From the NCBI GenBank assembly GCA_013265495.1, contig MU058475.1, positions 1 to 64,000 of the forward strand: a stretch of 64,000 nt of DNA, in the 5' to 3' direction. This stretch comes from Vicugna vicugna. Lineage: Eukaryota. A model generated the notes under the pieces. It did no database searches. It worked only from the letters and a program-made list of their open reading frames with translations, and was not told the DNA's origin. A program made the translations under genes and the position numbers. Positions 1-12,480 of this stretch are shown piece after piece. Numbering within the stretch: the stretch's first letter is position 1; each line of letters begins with the position of its first letter.

Positions 1-849
1 ATCACTGAAGTATACACTTGAAAATGGTTAAAATGATAAGTTGTTTTGTGTGCATTTTACAATTTAAATTTTTTTTTAAAAGTAGTCTTGGCATTCCTTT
101 CTTAATCCTGCTTTTATTTAGACATGTTTTGAAAGTTTCCTCATTAAGCACAATGTAGCTAAAGCAGTAGTCAGAGGGAAATCTATAGCCTTAAAATCAA
201 TATACCGGGGGAAAAAAAGGCAGGGAAACAAAAAATCAAAGGTAAGCATCCATCTTAAAAAGTTATAAAAAGAAGCAGAAAAAAACTAGAGTAAGGAAAA
301 AGATCATAAATTAATAAATATATAATTTAAAAAACATAGCATAGCCAAGGGTTTGGGAAAAAAAATAATAGAATTCACAAACTTTTAGCAAGACTAATAA
401 AGAAAGAAAAAAAAGTGAAAAATAAAAATAAGTAAAAATAGAATAAATGAACCAACTGTGTTATATGTGCACTGGCAACACGTGCATATAGTGCCTTCCT
501 CCCAAAACCTCACTAAAGGACAGGAAAAAGGTATAAACCCACAGGAGAAGGGCAAGGGAGGCAATGATGCCAGACAAATTTGGGAAGATAAAAAGTAGCA
601 GAGATAGAAGTAACTCACTGGATTGAGCAGGATGAATGCCAAGTCCCTGCAGGAGAACGGCCACAGGACATAGCTGAACCCCAGAAGGAATGGGAACCAA
701 GGAATACGAATCCCCAGGCCAGTGGGACAGACCGCCTTTCCAAAGGTGCAGCATCCCCCAGTGCCCAGCCCACGTGCTCCTCTGACAACATAACGTGAAT
801 GTGCCTCTGCTGAGGACCAGGGTCCGTGCTCCTTCCCCTTGAACCTGGG

Positions 850-1185
850 CACAGAGTGGGTGAAAGAGGGACCACGTGGCTCCTGGTGAGAAGTTGTAAA
901 GGGTAACACAGCACCTGCCCAGCTCTCTCCTGGGAGGAGAGCCAGCCTGCATGTTATGAGGAAGGCCAGGCGCACGAAGGTGTCACATGTGAGTGTCCTA
1001 GCAGACGGCCCCAGCCCTGGAGCTGTCAGCAGAGGCCGCAGTTAGCGGGCAGCAGACAAAGGCACATACACCCCTGTGCCCAGGTCAAATCTCACCCTAC
1101 AAAACCATGAGCAGTAAGAAATAAGAACTGGAGTTTATTTAAAACATTAGTTTTCAGGGTAATTCTGTTACGCAGCAATGGATAT
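850..1185 (+). mobile_element. MaLR (MLT1-like) LTR
   Basis: Ends in ...ttttcagggtaattctgttacgcagcaatggata, a typical MLT1 3' terminus. Confidence 0.55.
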
Positions 1186-1579
1186 TTGTTCAGTAGCCCT
1201 TCCTCCAGTCCCTGGGCCAGGTGATGGCACCTCTCCTCCAGAAAGCAGATGGGTTGCAGTCTGGAGAGGGAGAACTAGCGTGGGTATAGACTTGGGGCAC
1301 CCAGCACAGTGGAAGTAAGGGGTGACACCTTCCTGGAAATAGGCTTACGTGGTAAAGAACGGGATCCCTCGTCCCTTTCCCCAACTCTGCTCCCAGAATG
1401 CTGACAGCCAGGCCTGTACCCTCCCAGGCAGGAGGATGGAGGAGCACTGTCTGGAGAAGTCACACAAGAGAAACGGGCATGTGTTAATGTTGGGAGCCCC
1501 CAGGGAAACAGCTGGGTCCTCATGCAGGTACAGTCAGCAAGCTCCCCTGTGAGTCCCCAGAAGCTCTTCAAGCCTCACT

Positions 1580-2090
1580 CTTTTTTTTTTTTTAATAGAC
1601 TTTATTCTTTTAGAGCAGTTTCAGGTTCACAGCAGAATTGGGCAGGAAATATGGAGAGTTTGTACATAGCCCTCCCCACCCACACATACATACTCCCCTG
1701 CCCTCAACATCCCTCATCAATGTGGCAAATTTGGTACAATTGATCAACACATTATTATCAACCATATTCCATAGTTTACATTAGGGTTCACTCTTGATGT
1801 TGTACATTCTACAGGTTTCGACAAATGCATCATGACATGTAGCCACCACTGTAGTATCATACAGAGTAATTTCATCACCCTAAAAATCCCTTGTGCTCCA
1901 TCTGTTCATCCCTCCCCTTCCTCTCCCCAAACCCCTGGAAACCAAGATCTTTTTATTGTTTCTGTAGCTGTGCCTTTTCCAGAATGTCATTTGGTTGGAA
2001 TTGTACAGTTTGTAGCCTTTTCAGACTGGCTTCTTTCATTTAGTAATAAGTTTTAAATTTCTTTCATGTCTTTTGTGACTTGATAGATCA
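1580..2090 (-). mobile_element. Old L1 (L1MB/L1MC-like) 3'UTR
   Basis: Poly-T followed by tagagcagtttcaggttcacagc ... gtagccttttcagactggcttctttca, typical of L1M 3' ends. Confidence 0.75.
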
Positions 2091-2199
2091 TCTTTTTACA
2101 GCACATTTTTTAATTTACATATATTTACTGTTCATTGTTTCTAAGAACGTTTAGAGCTTTAGCTTTTTAAACTTACATAGTTATCAAAGGAATAAAGCC

Positions 2200-2718
2200 A
2201 ACCCCAAAATAAGAAATAATTCAAAAAGATACATACACCCTACTGTTAACAGCAACATTATTTATAATTGCCAAGATATGGAAGCATCCTAAGTGCACAT
2301 CAATAGTTGAATAATGAAGATGCAACATATATATATGTAATGGAATACAACTCACCCATAAAAAAGGATATTTTGCCATTTGCAGTCTTTCACTTTTTTT
2401 TCCACTTCAAAAACCAGAATTTTATAACTGGCAGAAACATTTCCATTACATAAAAAACAACAAAATACCTAGAAATAAACTTAACTTAAGGAGGTTACCT
2501 GTACTCCAAAAACTGAAATGACACAAAGAAATGGAAAGATTTCTTGTGCTCTGGGATTGGAAGAATCAACATTATCAAAATGGCTGCACTACCCAAAGCA
2601 ATCCACAGATCCAATGCAACCCCTATCAAAATACTCACAACATTCCTCACAGAACTAGAATAAACAACTTCAAAATTTATAAGGAACCACAAAGACCCCA
2701 AACAGCCAAAGCAATCTT
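2200..2718 (+). mobile_element. L1 ORF2 fragments
   Basis: aaatacctagaaataaacttaac, ggattggaagaatcaacattatcaaaatggc and other typical ORF2 3'-half motifs. Confidence 0.8.
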
Positions 2719-2719
2719 T

Positions 2720-5700
2720 TGTAGGTCTCTCTTTTTTTCTCTTTCTTCTTTTTGTTCTCTTGTCTTACGATTTGATGACTAGAAAAGGTCCTTTAACATT
2801 TGTTGTAAAGCTGGTTTGGTGGTGCTGAAATCTTTTTTTGCAGGGGGGAAAGTCTGATTCAACATTTTAGTGAATTATTTAAATAATGGAGTACACAGTG
2901 AACTGGCAAAACAAGAATAAACAACTGAATGTTTTCTTGAAATATAGAGAGAAATTTCATAGAAGCTTAAATATAAACAAATACAAAATAATAATTTAAT
3001 AGAAAAGTATGCATATTTTATTTATATAAACTTTTATTCACAGGTTAGAATCCAAGACTTGCCATATTTATTAGATGAACTGTTACCCAAACCCAGTACT
3101 GTTGTGAAGTAAATTTTCAGCACTCTCCTCTCGATTGCCTTATTAGAGTAGGGCAAGAGGGGATGTGAAATAAAATGAAAAAAAAAAAGTGTTTTCTATG
3201 TAATATTATCCTGTCAAACAATAAAGTGTCCGAAGTCTTGAACATAGGAAATACATTTATTTTAAAAAGTCAACTGGTTCATTTTATGTGATTTGGCTTT
3301 GAAAAAATGAGTGTGTGAAGATTGCTTTTTGTGCAGCTAGAAATATGTCAAATCAGCTTATGTAACAATTTAAAAGGGAATTTGTTTACTGATGTAAATA
3401 GGAATCCTGTGGAAGATTCTTCTTTGTTGATTAGACAGTGAGACTCCCTGTAGCAGGAAATACACTTCCTGACCCCTAAGCCTCCAGCTTTGAGCCTGCT
3501 AGAAAAAGCCTATTCTTAAAGTCTAGAAAAAAATCTTCATGGCAAGTCGTGGTGGGAATGTGTCAGATCACGGGCCCAGCACTGAACCAATCACCTCGCT
3601 GAACCAGGCACCGAGGGCACCGTGTTGAGGGCCCAGCTCTCCTTCCCACATCTCTGACTGGTGGAGAGGGATCAGTGCCCCCCACGCAGTATGTAATGGT
3701 TTCCCCTCTGAGAAATGCATCCTTTTGTTACCAAAGTAAAGCATGGTATTGAGAACTTTTCAAACAAACAAAATAAAATGAAAAACAAGCAGCCAAAAAC
3801 TAGAATGAATTTCCAAAATGATCCAGGTAGAAGAGCCTTAGATGGTGAGCAGTCATGAAGAAGGCCTCATGCACTTTTAAAGGACCTTCCAGAATTAAAC
3901 ATGGTTTGAAGCCAATGATGTGAGGATGTGACCGGGAGGCCTGAGAGAGGCAAGGTTTTCTGAACTGCATTATCTTCAACTGTGGATACTCCAGAGTTGG
4001 GGGCGGGGGGGAATGCCCTCTCTGCCTACATTGTCACATGACTTCCCAGAGGTCAGCTTATTTATCACTTTCTCAAAAATTCGGGGTTCTAGACAACCCA
4101 AATCTATTATCTTCATAGTATTTCTTTCAATTATCTTAATAAGTAAAAAAATGCTTATTTTCTTACCGTCTCCCCTCACTATAAAGATACAAACATAATA
4201 TGATAAGGGAATTTCTCTTCCTGCTTTTACTTTCTTTCCAGAGCTGAGCAACATGGTTGAAAAATAATAGGTAAAAAAAAAAAAAAAAAGCATACATTTG
4301 GGTCACAACGCTGATCCGAGCTGCCGAGCACCTGACAGCTCCACACGTGGTCCGCAGCGCGAGCAGCTCCTCCTTAGTAGCTCTGATTTAATGCGGGGCT
4401 CAGTTGGGCCACAGTCGTTATAAATGACAGCGTAGATGCATTGCTCAGAGCCCTGTTGTTGAAGCTGCACTTCAGAGCAACCTGAGAGGTGCCTTTCCTG
4501 AACAAAGCGTCCTGTGTATATAGATCAGCTGAGCTAAGAATCAGATCTCTGACTCAGAATCTTTCATTCTGTTGAAGAATCTCCAGAAGCCCAAGTACAG
4601 AAATGTTCACAATGCTTTGCATATAATACAGCCCTGCTTAAGAAACGTTTGTTTACTGAACAATGGTGGTGCTGAAATCTTTCAGCTTTTGTTTATCTGT
4701 GAAGCTTCTGATTTCTCCATCAAGTCCGAACAGGAGCCTTGCTGGATAGAGTATTCTTGGTTGTAAGTTTCCCCCTTGCATCACTTTAAATATATCGTGC
4801 CGCTCCCTTCTGGCCTGTAGAGTTTCTGCTGAAAAATCAGCTGATGACCTTATGGAAGTTCCCTTGTATGTTATTTGCTGCTTTTCTCTTGCTAATCTTA
4901 ATATTTTCTCCTTATCCTTAACTGTTGTCAATTTGATGACCGTGGGCCTTGCTGTGTTCCTCTATGGGTTGATTCTCTGTGGCACTCTCTGCGCTTCCTG
5001 GACGTGGGTGACTGTTTCCTTTCCCAAGTTGGGGAAGTTTTCAGTAATTATCTCTCCAAAAATTTTCTCAGGTCCTTTCTCTCTCTCCTCTTTCTGGGAC
5101 CCTATAATGCAGATATTACAGCACTTCAAGTTGTCCCAGAGTTCTCTTACACTATCCTCATTCCTTTTCAATCTTTCTTTCTTCTGTTCTGCAGTAGTGA
5201 TTTTCCCTAATCTGTCTTCTAGCTCACTGATCTGTTCTTCTGCCTCATTTAGTCTATTCTTGGTTCCTTCTAGTGTATTGTTTATTTCAGTGATTTTATT
5301 CTTCAACTCTGTTTGGGTATTCTTTATATTTTCCAGCTTTTTGCTAAAAACTTCACTCTCTGCATCTATACTCCTCTTGAGTTCTCTGAACACCTCAGCC
5401 ATCACTACTTTAAACTCTTTGTCAGATAAGTTGCCTATCTCCTCATCACTTATTTCCTCTTCTGGGTTTTATCTTGTACCTTGGCCTGGGAGATATTCCT
5501 TTGCCACCTCATATCGTCTATCTTTCTATGTGTTTGTGGATTTCTTCCATGGGCTTTGGGATTATTGTTTTCTTATTTCTAGTATCTGCCCTGGTGGATG
5601 AGGCTGGATTAGAGGTTTATGCAGGTTTCCTGGCAGGAGGAGCTGGTGTCTGCCCACTGCTGGGTGTAGCTTGGTCCTGGACCTCTGGTGGGTAGGGCTG

Positions 5701-6445
5701 TGTCCAGAGGCCTTTGTGGCTTAAGTCTGCTGATGGGTGGGGCTGTGTTCCCACCCCGCATGTTGTTTGGCCTGAGGCTTTCCTACAGGCTGTTGGGTGG
5801 CAGGTCTTGGTGCTAATGATCTAATCAAGATGCCAGCCTCCAGGAAAGCTCATGTAGATGAGCACTCCTGGAATGTCCGCCATCAGCTTTTATGTCCCCT
5901 GAGTGAGCCGCAGACGTCCCCCACGTCCCCAGGAGACCTTCCAAATCCAGCAGGCAGGTCTGGCCCAGGTTCCTATGACATCACTGCCTCTGCCCTTGGA
6001 CCTGGTGCACGTGAATTTCCATGTGTGCTCCCCAAGTGAATGGAGTCTCTGTTTCCCCCTGTCCCATGAGGCTCCCAGAGCCAAGCCCCCATGGCCTTCA
6101 AAACCAGATGTCCTGGGGTCTCCTTCTCTTCCCAGTGCCAGGACCTGAGCTGGGGAGCCTGACATGGGACTTAGAACTCTCACTCCTGTGGGAGGGCCTC
6201 CGTGACATAGCAAATCTTCAGCTTGCGGGTCACCCACCCAGGGGGTATGGGGCCCAATTATATCGTGAGCATGCCTCTCCTACCATCCTGCTGTGGTTCC
6301 CTCTTTATGTTACCAGTTGCAAATCTTTTTTCTAGGTTCCAGTCTTGTTTTGATGGTTGTTTAGCATTCAGTTGTGGTTTCATTGTAGTCATGAGGAGAG
6401 ACAAGCTCGTGGTCCTACCACTCCGCTATCTTGACTGGAAATCTT
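2720..6445 (-). mobile_element. L1 5' portion (5'UTR + frameshifted ORF1), interrupted by the retrocopy
   Basis: ORFs 4962-5405 and 4653-4931 encode L1 ORF1p motifs (RLNEAEEQISELED, KDKEKILRLAREKQQITYKG, RILYPARL). L1-type 5' start ttccagtcaagatagcggag at ~6440. Confidence 0.92.
2836..4663 (-). pseudogene. Retroposed non-coding insert (3'UTR-like retrocopy or orphan transduction) with 19-bp TSD
   Basis: tggtggtgctgaaatcttt occurs at 2817-2835 and 4664-4682. A short T run abuts the left copy. L1 sequence is contiguous across the insert, and the insert is AT-rich with no ORF. Confidence 0.8.
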
Positions 6446-6569
6446 CAAGCTTCACTCTTAAATATGAGCAGACAAGCTAAGAGCAAACACTGAGTACACC
6501 CTCTAATAAGAAAGAGAACAAAATACAGAGGAAAGACTAGGCTGGGAATATAACCATGCTCTCAAAGGA

Positions 6570-9300
6570 TGTTTAAGAAACTTTTTTGGGGGTGCAGTTA
6601 AAAGAAATCCAGAAAGAATAGGATGTAATTTTTTTTTTGAAGAACACTTGGGGCAGAAAGAAAATAAAAAGTAATCTCTATGAAATTAAAAACTAGAATG
6701 GTAGAATTTACAATTTCAATAGAAAATCTAGACGACAAAATTGAAGAGTTCTCCCAGAAAACAGAACCAAAAATTCCAATATCAAAAAATGTTTAAATAA
6801 AAATGTTAGGTCTGATTCAGGAGGTACACCATCTAACTAAAAATGATTATAGAAAGAAAAAAAATGAATAAGGCTGAGGAAATTTTTTTAAACAGTACTA
6901 GAAAATATCACTGAACTGAAAGAAACGTTTCCAGATGGAAAAGGCCCAAGTTGTCAACCCAATGAATGAAAAATGACACAAACACAAAATTTTAGAACAC
7001 TTAGGATAAAGAGAATGCCTAAAACTCCCCCTCAAAAAAGAAAGGTCACATTAACAAAAAAGTGTCAGAACGGCATGGCACTTCTCAACAGTGAGACCAA
7101 ACCCCAGGACTCAATATCGTAATGCCTTCAAATACTGACATTTCCAAGCTAGGAATTCTCTCTCTTGCCAAAATGGCAATCCAGCCTTTGGATAAAGGCA
7201 CGGTTGAGACATTCAAGGTGACAAAGTTTTTCTTCTCCTTCAACATTTCTCAAGATTTATAAAGGATGCCCTCCACCAAAAGAAAGAGACACGCCATACA
7301 CAGGGAGACCTGAGATTTGGAAGACAGGGGTCACACAGAGGAGGTACATGGAAGAAATACTCAGGCAAACAGTGAAGAGATGCCCCCATTTGACAGCTGT
7401 GTCATTTTGGACAGCATGAAGTCAAAATTAAAACAGGAAAGTCAAAGGTTCCAAAAAAAAAAAAAAAGTCTGCAAGGAAAATAATGAAACGAGTAGAACA
7501 CTTAATATGTCGAGCATATGCCAAGTTCCACAGTACTACTAGACTATTCCCGGCTGAATCAGTCATGAGAGTACCAAAAAGTAAATACAATAAAAGTCAA
7601 GCAATGATGAACTCCAGGAAAAACAAATAACAAAGAAAATGTAATCAGAATGTACTACATGGATTACCTGTAAAATAACATTTACACAGCATTGATCATC
7701 CAAGCACAGAATAGAGCTTAAATGACATACTTATACAGTTAATAGCATGGGACAAAACAGGCCCTGGTGTACGTCTGGGAGTGGAGGTGGCCAAGCTGAG
7801 ATCTTGCGCTAAATCATCGCTAAATCATCTCCATGACAGGGAAGTCAATACGTAATTGTTTAAAATGAAAGAGGCAGCAGATTGGCATGAATGAGAAAAG
7901 CATTGGCCGAAGTGCTGGAAGGAAACGTGAAGAGCTGAAAGGAGCCCCATGGGGAGCAAGCGGCAAGGGTGGGGAATGGATCAGGATTATTTTTTCATTT
8001 TAAGTATATATTTTTAAATTATGCGTATGTGTAACTAGTTAAAAATAACATTTCATTTAAAAAGAAATGTGAATATGAGGAAAGGAATTGGAGACATTCT
8101 AGACGCCCTTCTAAGTGTTGTTGGCAGCAGAGAGAAGGAACGTCACAGCTAACAAGCGTTTCCACCCCCACATCCAACACACAGGGAACTTCCCTAAAGC
8201 TTTTTAGGGCCCATCTCTTAAATGAGAACGAGAAGCCAAGGATCATTAGACATTTGAGAAAAGTCATGATTACAAGCCAAAGAAACAAATGCGGGGAGAA
8301 GGAGGGGAAACAGAGACTGTGCCTAAGAAGCACACAAGAAAATGAACAAAAAACCCCTAGTAATATCCTCAGCAAGAGAAGAGGAGGTACACACAGATCA
8401 AGAGAAGAATATTATTTTTAAAAAGAGAAATGAAAAGAGGGAGAGGGAGGGAGGGAGGAAAGCCCAGAAAACAATTCAACAGCTCTTATATTAAAAAATA
8501 AATAGGATCCCACACATAAGAAATAGAAGAGCTGGAAGGCTGAGAATACTGCCCAGAAAAAAAGAGAGAAAAAGACAGATGGAAAAGGGAGTGGGTTGAG
8601 GGGTGGAAACTCATAGGATAAACTTGTGGAAGTCCAACATCCAACTAAGGAATTCAGAAAGAAAGGGACAGAAAAAAAAAAAGAAAGGAAGGAATAGAAA
8701 GAAATGGAAAGAACAGAAAGAAAGGGAAAGAAAGAGAAGGAAGGAAAGAAAGGAAAAAAGGAAGAAAGGAGAAAGAAAGGAAGAGAGGAGGAAGAAAAGT
8801 GGAAGAAAGGAAGAAAGAGAAAACAATTCAAGAAAACATCCCAGAATTACAAAACATGAGCTGGACTGCAAGGATGCATTAAGCACAATGGAGGAAAATT
8901 GGCCTCAATCGAGGAAAGTTTTCAGAACACAGAGGACAGAGAGAGGACCCCAAAAGCAAAGGATTAAGAGTCAGAATGCCACGGGACCATGACAATGACA
9001 TCAGAAGTTGCAGCACCAGACAACAATACCTCCACTTTTCAGAGACAATTACTTCCAGCCGAGGATTCCATGCCCAGTCACAACTCACTGAACTGTGAGG
9101 GCAGAATGTTTGCACATGGAAGGTCTCTGAAAATTAATCTCTCACACACTTTTTCTCAGATAATCTCCACCTGGGGTGGGGGTGTAAACCAGGAAAGAAG
9201 ATGATGTGAGAGCCACACAACAGAGGGACCTGCCCAAGAAAGCAGCCAGGGGGTCCCCGGGGTAGAGGCCCAGGGCTTCCCAAGATGCAACTGGGCAGAA
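6570..9300 (+). mobile_element. Highly decayed L1 ORF1/UTR fragments with A/G-rich low complexity (8660-8825)
   Basis: A-rich degenerate ORF1-like motifs (ttccagatggaaaaggccca, tttcagaacacagaggacagagagag). Confidence 0.5.
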
Positions 9301-11571
9301 GCAACCAGGTCAGATGGAAGTAGGTCAGAGGCCCCAGGAGGAATGTCATAAGATGTCGAGAGTGATAGGGAACCTGATGTGTTGATGATATTTTGAAAGA
9401 AAGAAAAAGGAATCGTGGCAAACAATATAGGGCAGCTGTGAGCAACCTCTTCCAGGGGCACAATACTGCAGGTACTGACTGTGAATCTGACAAACTCTAT
9501 GACTGTGTTGAGCAGGTGTGGGGATGGGCCAGGTGTCTGGGTTAGGAGATCGATGAAAAGAATTAAAGCTAAAACAGGATGCTAAAAACTGAAAAAAATC
9601 AAGAAGTGTCGATAAAAGCCATATTACTCGGAAAAACAGAAACACACACCAAAGGAAGAACCAGCGGAGTTGGGAGCGGTCACTTAAGGAGAAGGCAATT
9701 GGTGTGAGTGTGGTGCGGGGAGGGGAGGGGGCTGCTGCATCCTTGTACTAAGCCATACAGAACGAAGTGATTCTATGTATACATACAGTGAGAACAAAAC
9801 CTAACTCTTTCTGTTTTACAGAAACTCAAGGGCTCATCGTTGTGATATATAAAACTGTCCACTTAAAGGCAAGGACTTCCACTCCTGCCAGACACAGGTG
9901 TCAACGGGGGCTGTGACAGGCAAGAGCAAAGCCAGAGATGCTGGGATTGGGAGTCCTGAAAGCAGAAACGTCCTTTCTTCTCCCTGATGCCTAAACCAGA
10001 CATATTAGCAGAGAAGAAATAATCACCTTAGTCGCTGGGAGGATTCAGTGTCCCTAAGGAAACCAAAATACTCACAAACTCTTGCAAAGATAGGCTACAT
10101 CCATTCCACAATGCTATCTAAAAACTGCCTTTATATTTGCATGGAAATAACTGACAGCTGTTTCACAAACCATGAAGGAGAAGAGCTGGGGAGAGAAAAG
10201 CCCCCTCAGTCCCATAAGGAATATCTCAGAGTTGAGCTGGTGGGTCAGTGCCCCTACCCTCTCCACCTTCTACCATTCGAATTTCCACCAAAGGTCAGGA
10301 ACTGGTGGGAAATCACAAGTAAGGGGAGGACGAGCGGCGGTTGTGCCACAGGTGATGAACTGAGAACAGCCGAAAGCAGCACGATACCAAAGCAGCCTGG
10401 CTCGCAGGCCACGCCTCCTCTCCTCGGCAGCTCACAGCAAAGCTGGGACGAGTCTGATGCAAGTTTGCGAACCACTTAGAATTCGGTAAACAAGCAAACA
10501 TAAAGTCACTGATCATTTATCCTGAGCTTCCTACTTCATCTATAAAACTGAGAAAAACTATGGTCCTACCTTCTAGAACTGTTTTGAATGCTGAATGAGA
10601 AAATCCATATTCTACGGTCAGTGACCAGACAAGCTCTCAATAATTTTATTTATTTAGTTATCTTTCTCACTAGAGTCTCTTTAAAACTGAGTGATGTCAG
10701 ACGGTGTCTGGTCAACGTTGGGAGAGGAGCGGGGAGAAATCAGGGGTTACTCCAGGAGTTATCTGAGGCATCCATTCAACCTGGCCCTTGGCATCTGCCA
10801 CCACCCACCCGCCTAACGTGCTGAGAGCCCCCAACTCGGCGATACTCCGGGCAGGGGAGAAGGTGCAGGGCCACGGCTGCAGCAGCAGATGCACATTGGA
10901 AAAGCCAAGTGGCAAGAGCCATTTTCCAACTCCGGCCCCTCCAGCACACAGCAGCGGCCTGAGGAATGGTGCTCTGTGCTGAGTGGGAGGCAAGACGCGG
11001 AGAGGACCCAGCACTTACAAGGAATATTCTCCCACCAGCTAGGAGTTACGCAACAGCCTGCGTAAACAAATGCAAAACATTCTCCAGGGACAGCGCGGCG
11101 CGGTCAAGGAGCTAATACAGAAAACAACGGCCTCATTCACAAGACAGAACGCTTAGCTCAGTGGTTCTTAACCTCTTGCGGTCACCTGGGAGAAGCTAAC
11201 AAAAGCTGGGCTCCTCTCCTAAACAAATGGGCGCTCAGAAATAAACAGATGGGCGTTCAGTGCCTCAGAGGCCACCAATGCCCCGAGGCACTGAACCCGG
11301 GCCGTCGCCAGCGGCCCTTTAATGGAGTGTACAGCCGGCTCAAGTGACAGAAATAAAAGGGGGGAGAGCGGAGGCGGGGCCGACACCTCCCTTACCTCGT
11401 CCGGTGAGGCGTATTCTTCTCTTACCAGAACCAGATAAACAAACAATAAATTACCTAAATAAAGAGCTTGCCCCGAGCGCTGCGAGAGACAGCTGGGGAG
11501 TTCCGATGTAAAGCAAAAGCAAACCCAGCCCCGCGAGCGGGCCCCTCGCGGCGCCCTCCCCCGCCGGGTAC

Positions 11572-11947
11572 CTGGCAGCGCCGGCTCCTCCGCGGCCTCC
11601 GCGCCCTGCTCCTCCCGGGCCCTGCGCTCCCGCTGCTCCGGCCCCTCCCGCGCCGCAGGCTCGGCGGGCGGCGGCGGCGGCGAGGCCGGGGCGCACTGGG
11701 GCGCGTGGCCCCCGGCGCCCGACGACGACGACGACGACGACGCCGAGTCGTCCGAGGCGCGGGCCGGGCCCCAGTCGTCACTGGGCCAGGGCTCGTGCGC
11801 CTGCTCCCGCAGCCGGCGGCTCAGGCGGTAGTGGCGCAGCGCGCGGTAGCACGGCCCATACTCGTCCCAGCTCGGCTCCTGGTAGCGCTTCATGTACTCG
11901 CTCTTCACGGCGCTCCCCGAGAACTTGGTGCAGCCCGTGTCGAACAT
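11572..11947 (-). CDS. CCSAP: CCSAP (centriole, cilia and spindle-associated protein), first coding exon (partial CDS; downstream exons outside window to the left)
   Basis: Translation ...[61 protein letters not shown].SPPPP closely matches the CCSAP N-terminus as I recall it ([41 protein letters not shown]). Acceptor ttccgtag|GGCACCATG (exon starts 11953). Donor CCAG|gtaccc after ...ALP; 376 coding nt, phase 1. The ORF-track extension past 11572 is intronic. Confidence 0.93.
11721..11742 (-). repeat. (GAC/TCG)n coding trinucleotide repeat encoding poly-Ser in CCSAP
   Basis: gacgacgacgacgacgacgacg on the plus strand. Confidence 0.9.
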
Positions 11948-12351
11948 GGTGCCCTACGGAACCCGCGACACGACACAGAGAAGCTCCCGCCCCTCCGTCC
12001 CGCCGCGACGTTTAAAAAAAAAACGTGGGGGCGGGCGCGGCGCGGCGCGGGCGGGCCGGGGAGGTGGGCGGGGCGTGGGGCCGAGGGGCGGAGGGACCCG
12101 GGCCCCCGGCTCCTGGGCCGTGGGGGGAGGGAGGGAGGACGGAGGGACCGCGGCTGCAGGGGCTTGGGGGTCTCTTGGGAGAGCAGCTCCCGAGGTCCGA
12201 AGCCAGAGGCAGCGGGAGCCGGGAGATGGGCGGTGGAGGAGGGAGGCGAAGGAGATGTTGGCGCGGGGAGCGGGGCGGCCTCGGGGTCCTGGGATCGCCC
12301 TCCGAGCACGGCATGCAGTCGGGACAGTCTGGAGGGGCGGCCCCGACTTAC

Positions 12352-12480
12352 CCACTTCGTGCGGCGCCGGCCTGGCCCTGCGCCCCCGACCCCGCGGCGC
12401 CCGGCGGGTCTTCAGCGCGCGTGGCGCAGCAGCCAGAAGCCGCCCGCTCTCCGCGCGCTTTCCTGCCGAGCAAGATGTCG
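12352..12480 (-). other. CCSAP: CCSAP non-coding exon 1 (5' boundary approximate)
   Basis: Consensus donor TGG|GTAAGT (intron starts 12351 on the minus strand) inside the CpG island, ~400 nt upstream of the coding-exon acceptor. No ATG in the segment. Confidence 0.65.

Noticed and set aside
4852..5601. 249-aa hydrophobic plus-strand ORF
   Set aside because: Antisense of A-rich L1 ORF1.
8418..8992. Lys/Arg/Glu-rich and Phe/Ser-rich ORFs
   Set aside because: Purine-rich low-complexity tract.
1..11500. Downstream CCSAP coding exons (KHPFALYGWGE region)
   Set aside because: No matching sequence found; they presumably lie left of the window.
11219..11571. C-terminal half of the 242-aa ORF as part of CCSAP
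   Set aside because: It lies past the splice donor at 11571; intronic read-through with no CCSAP similarity.
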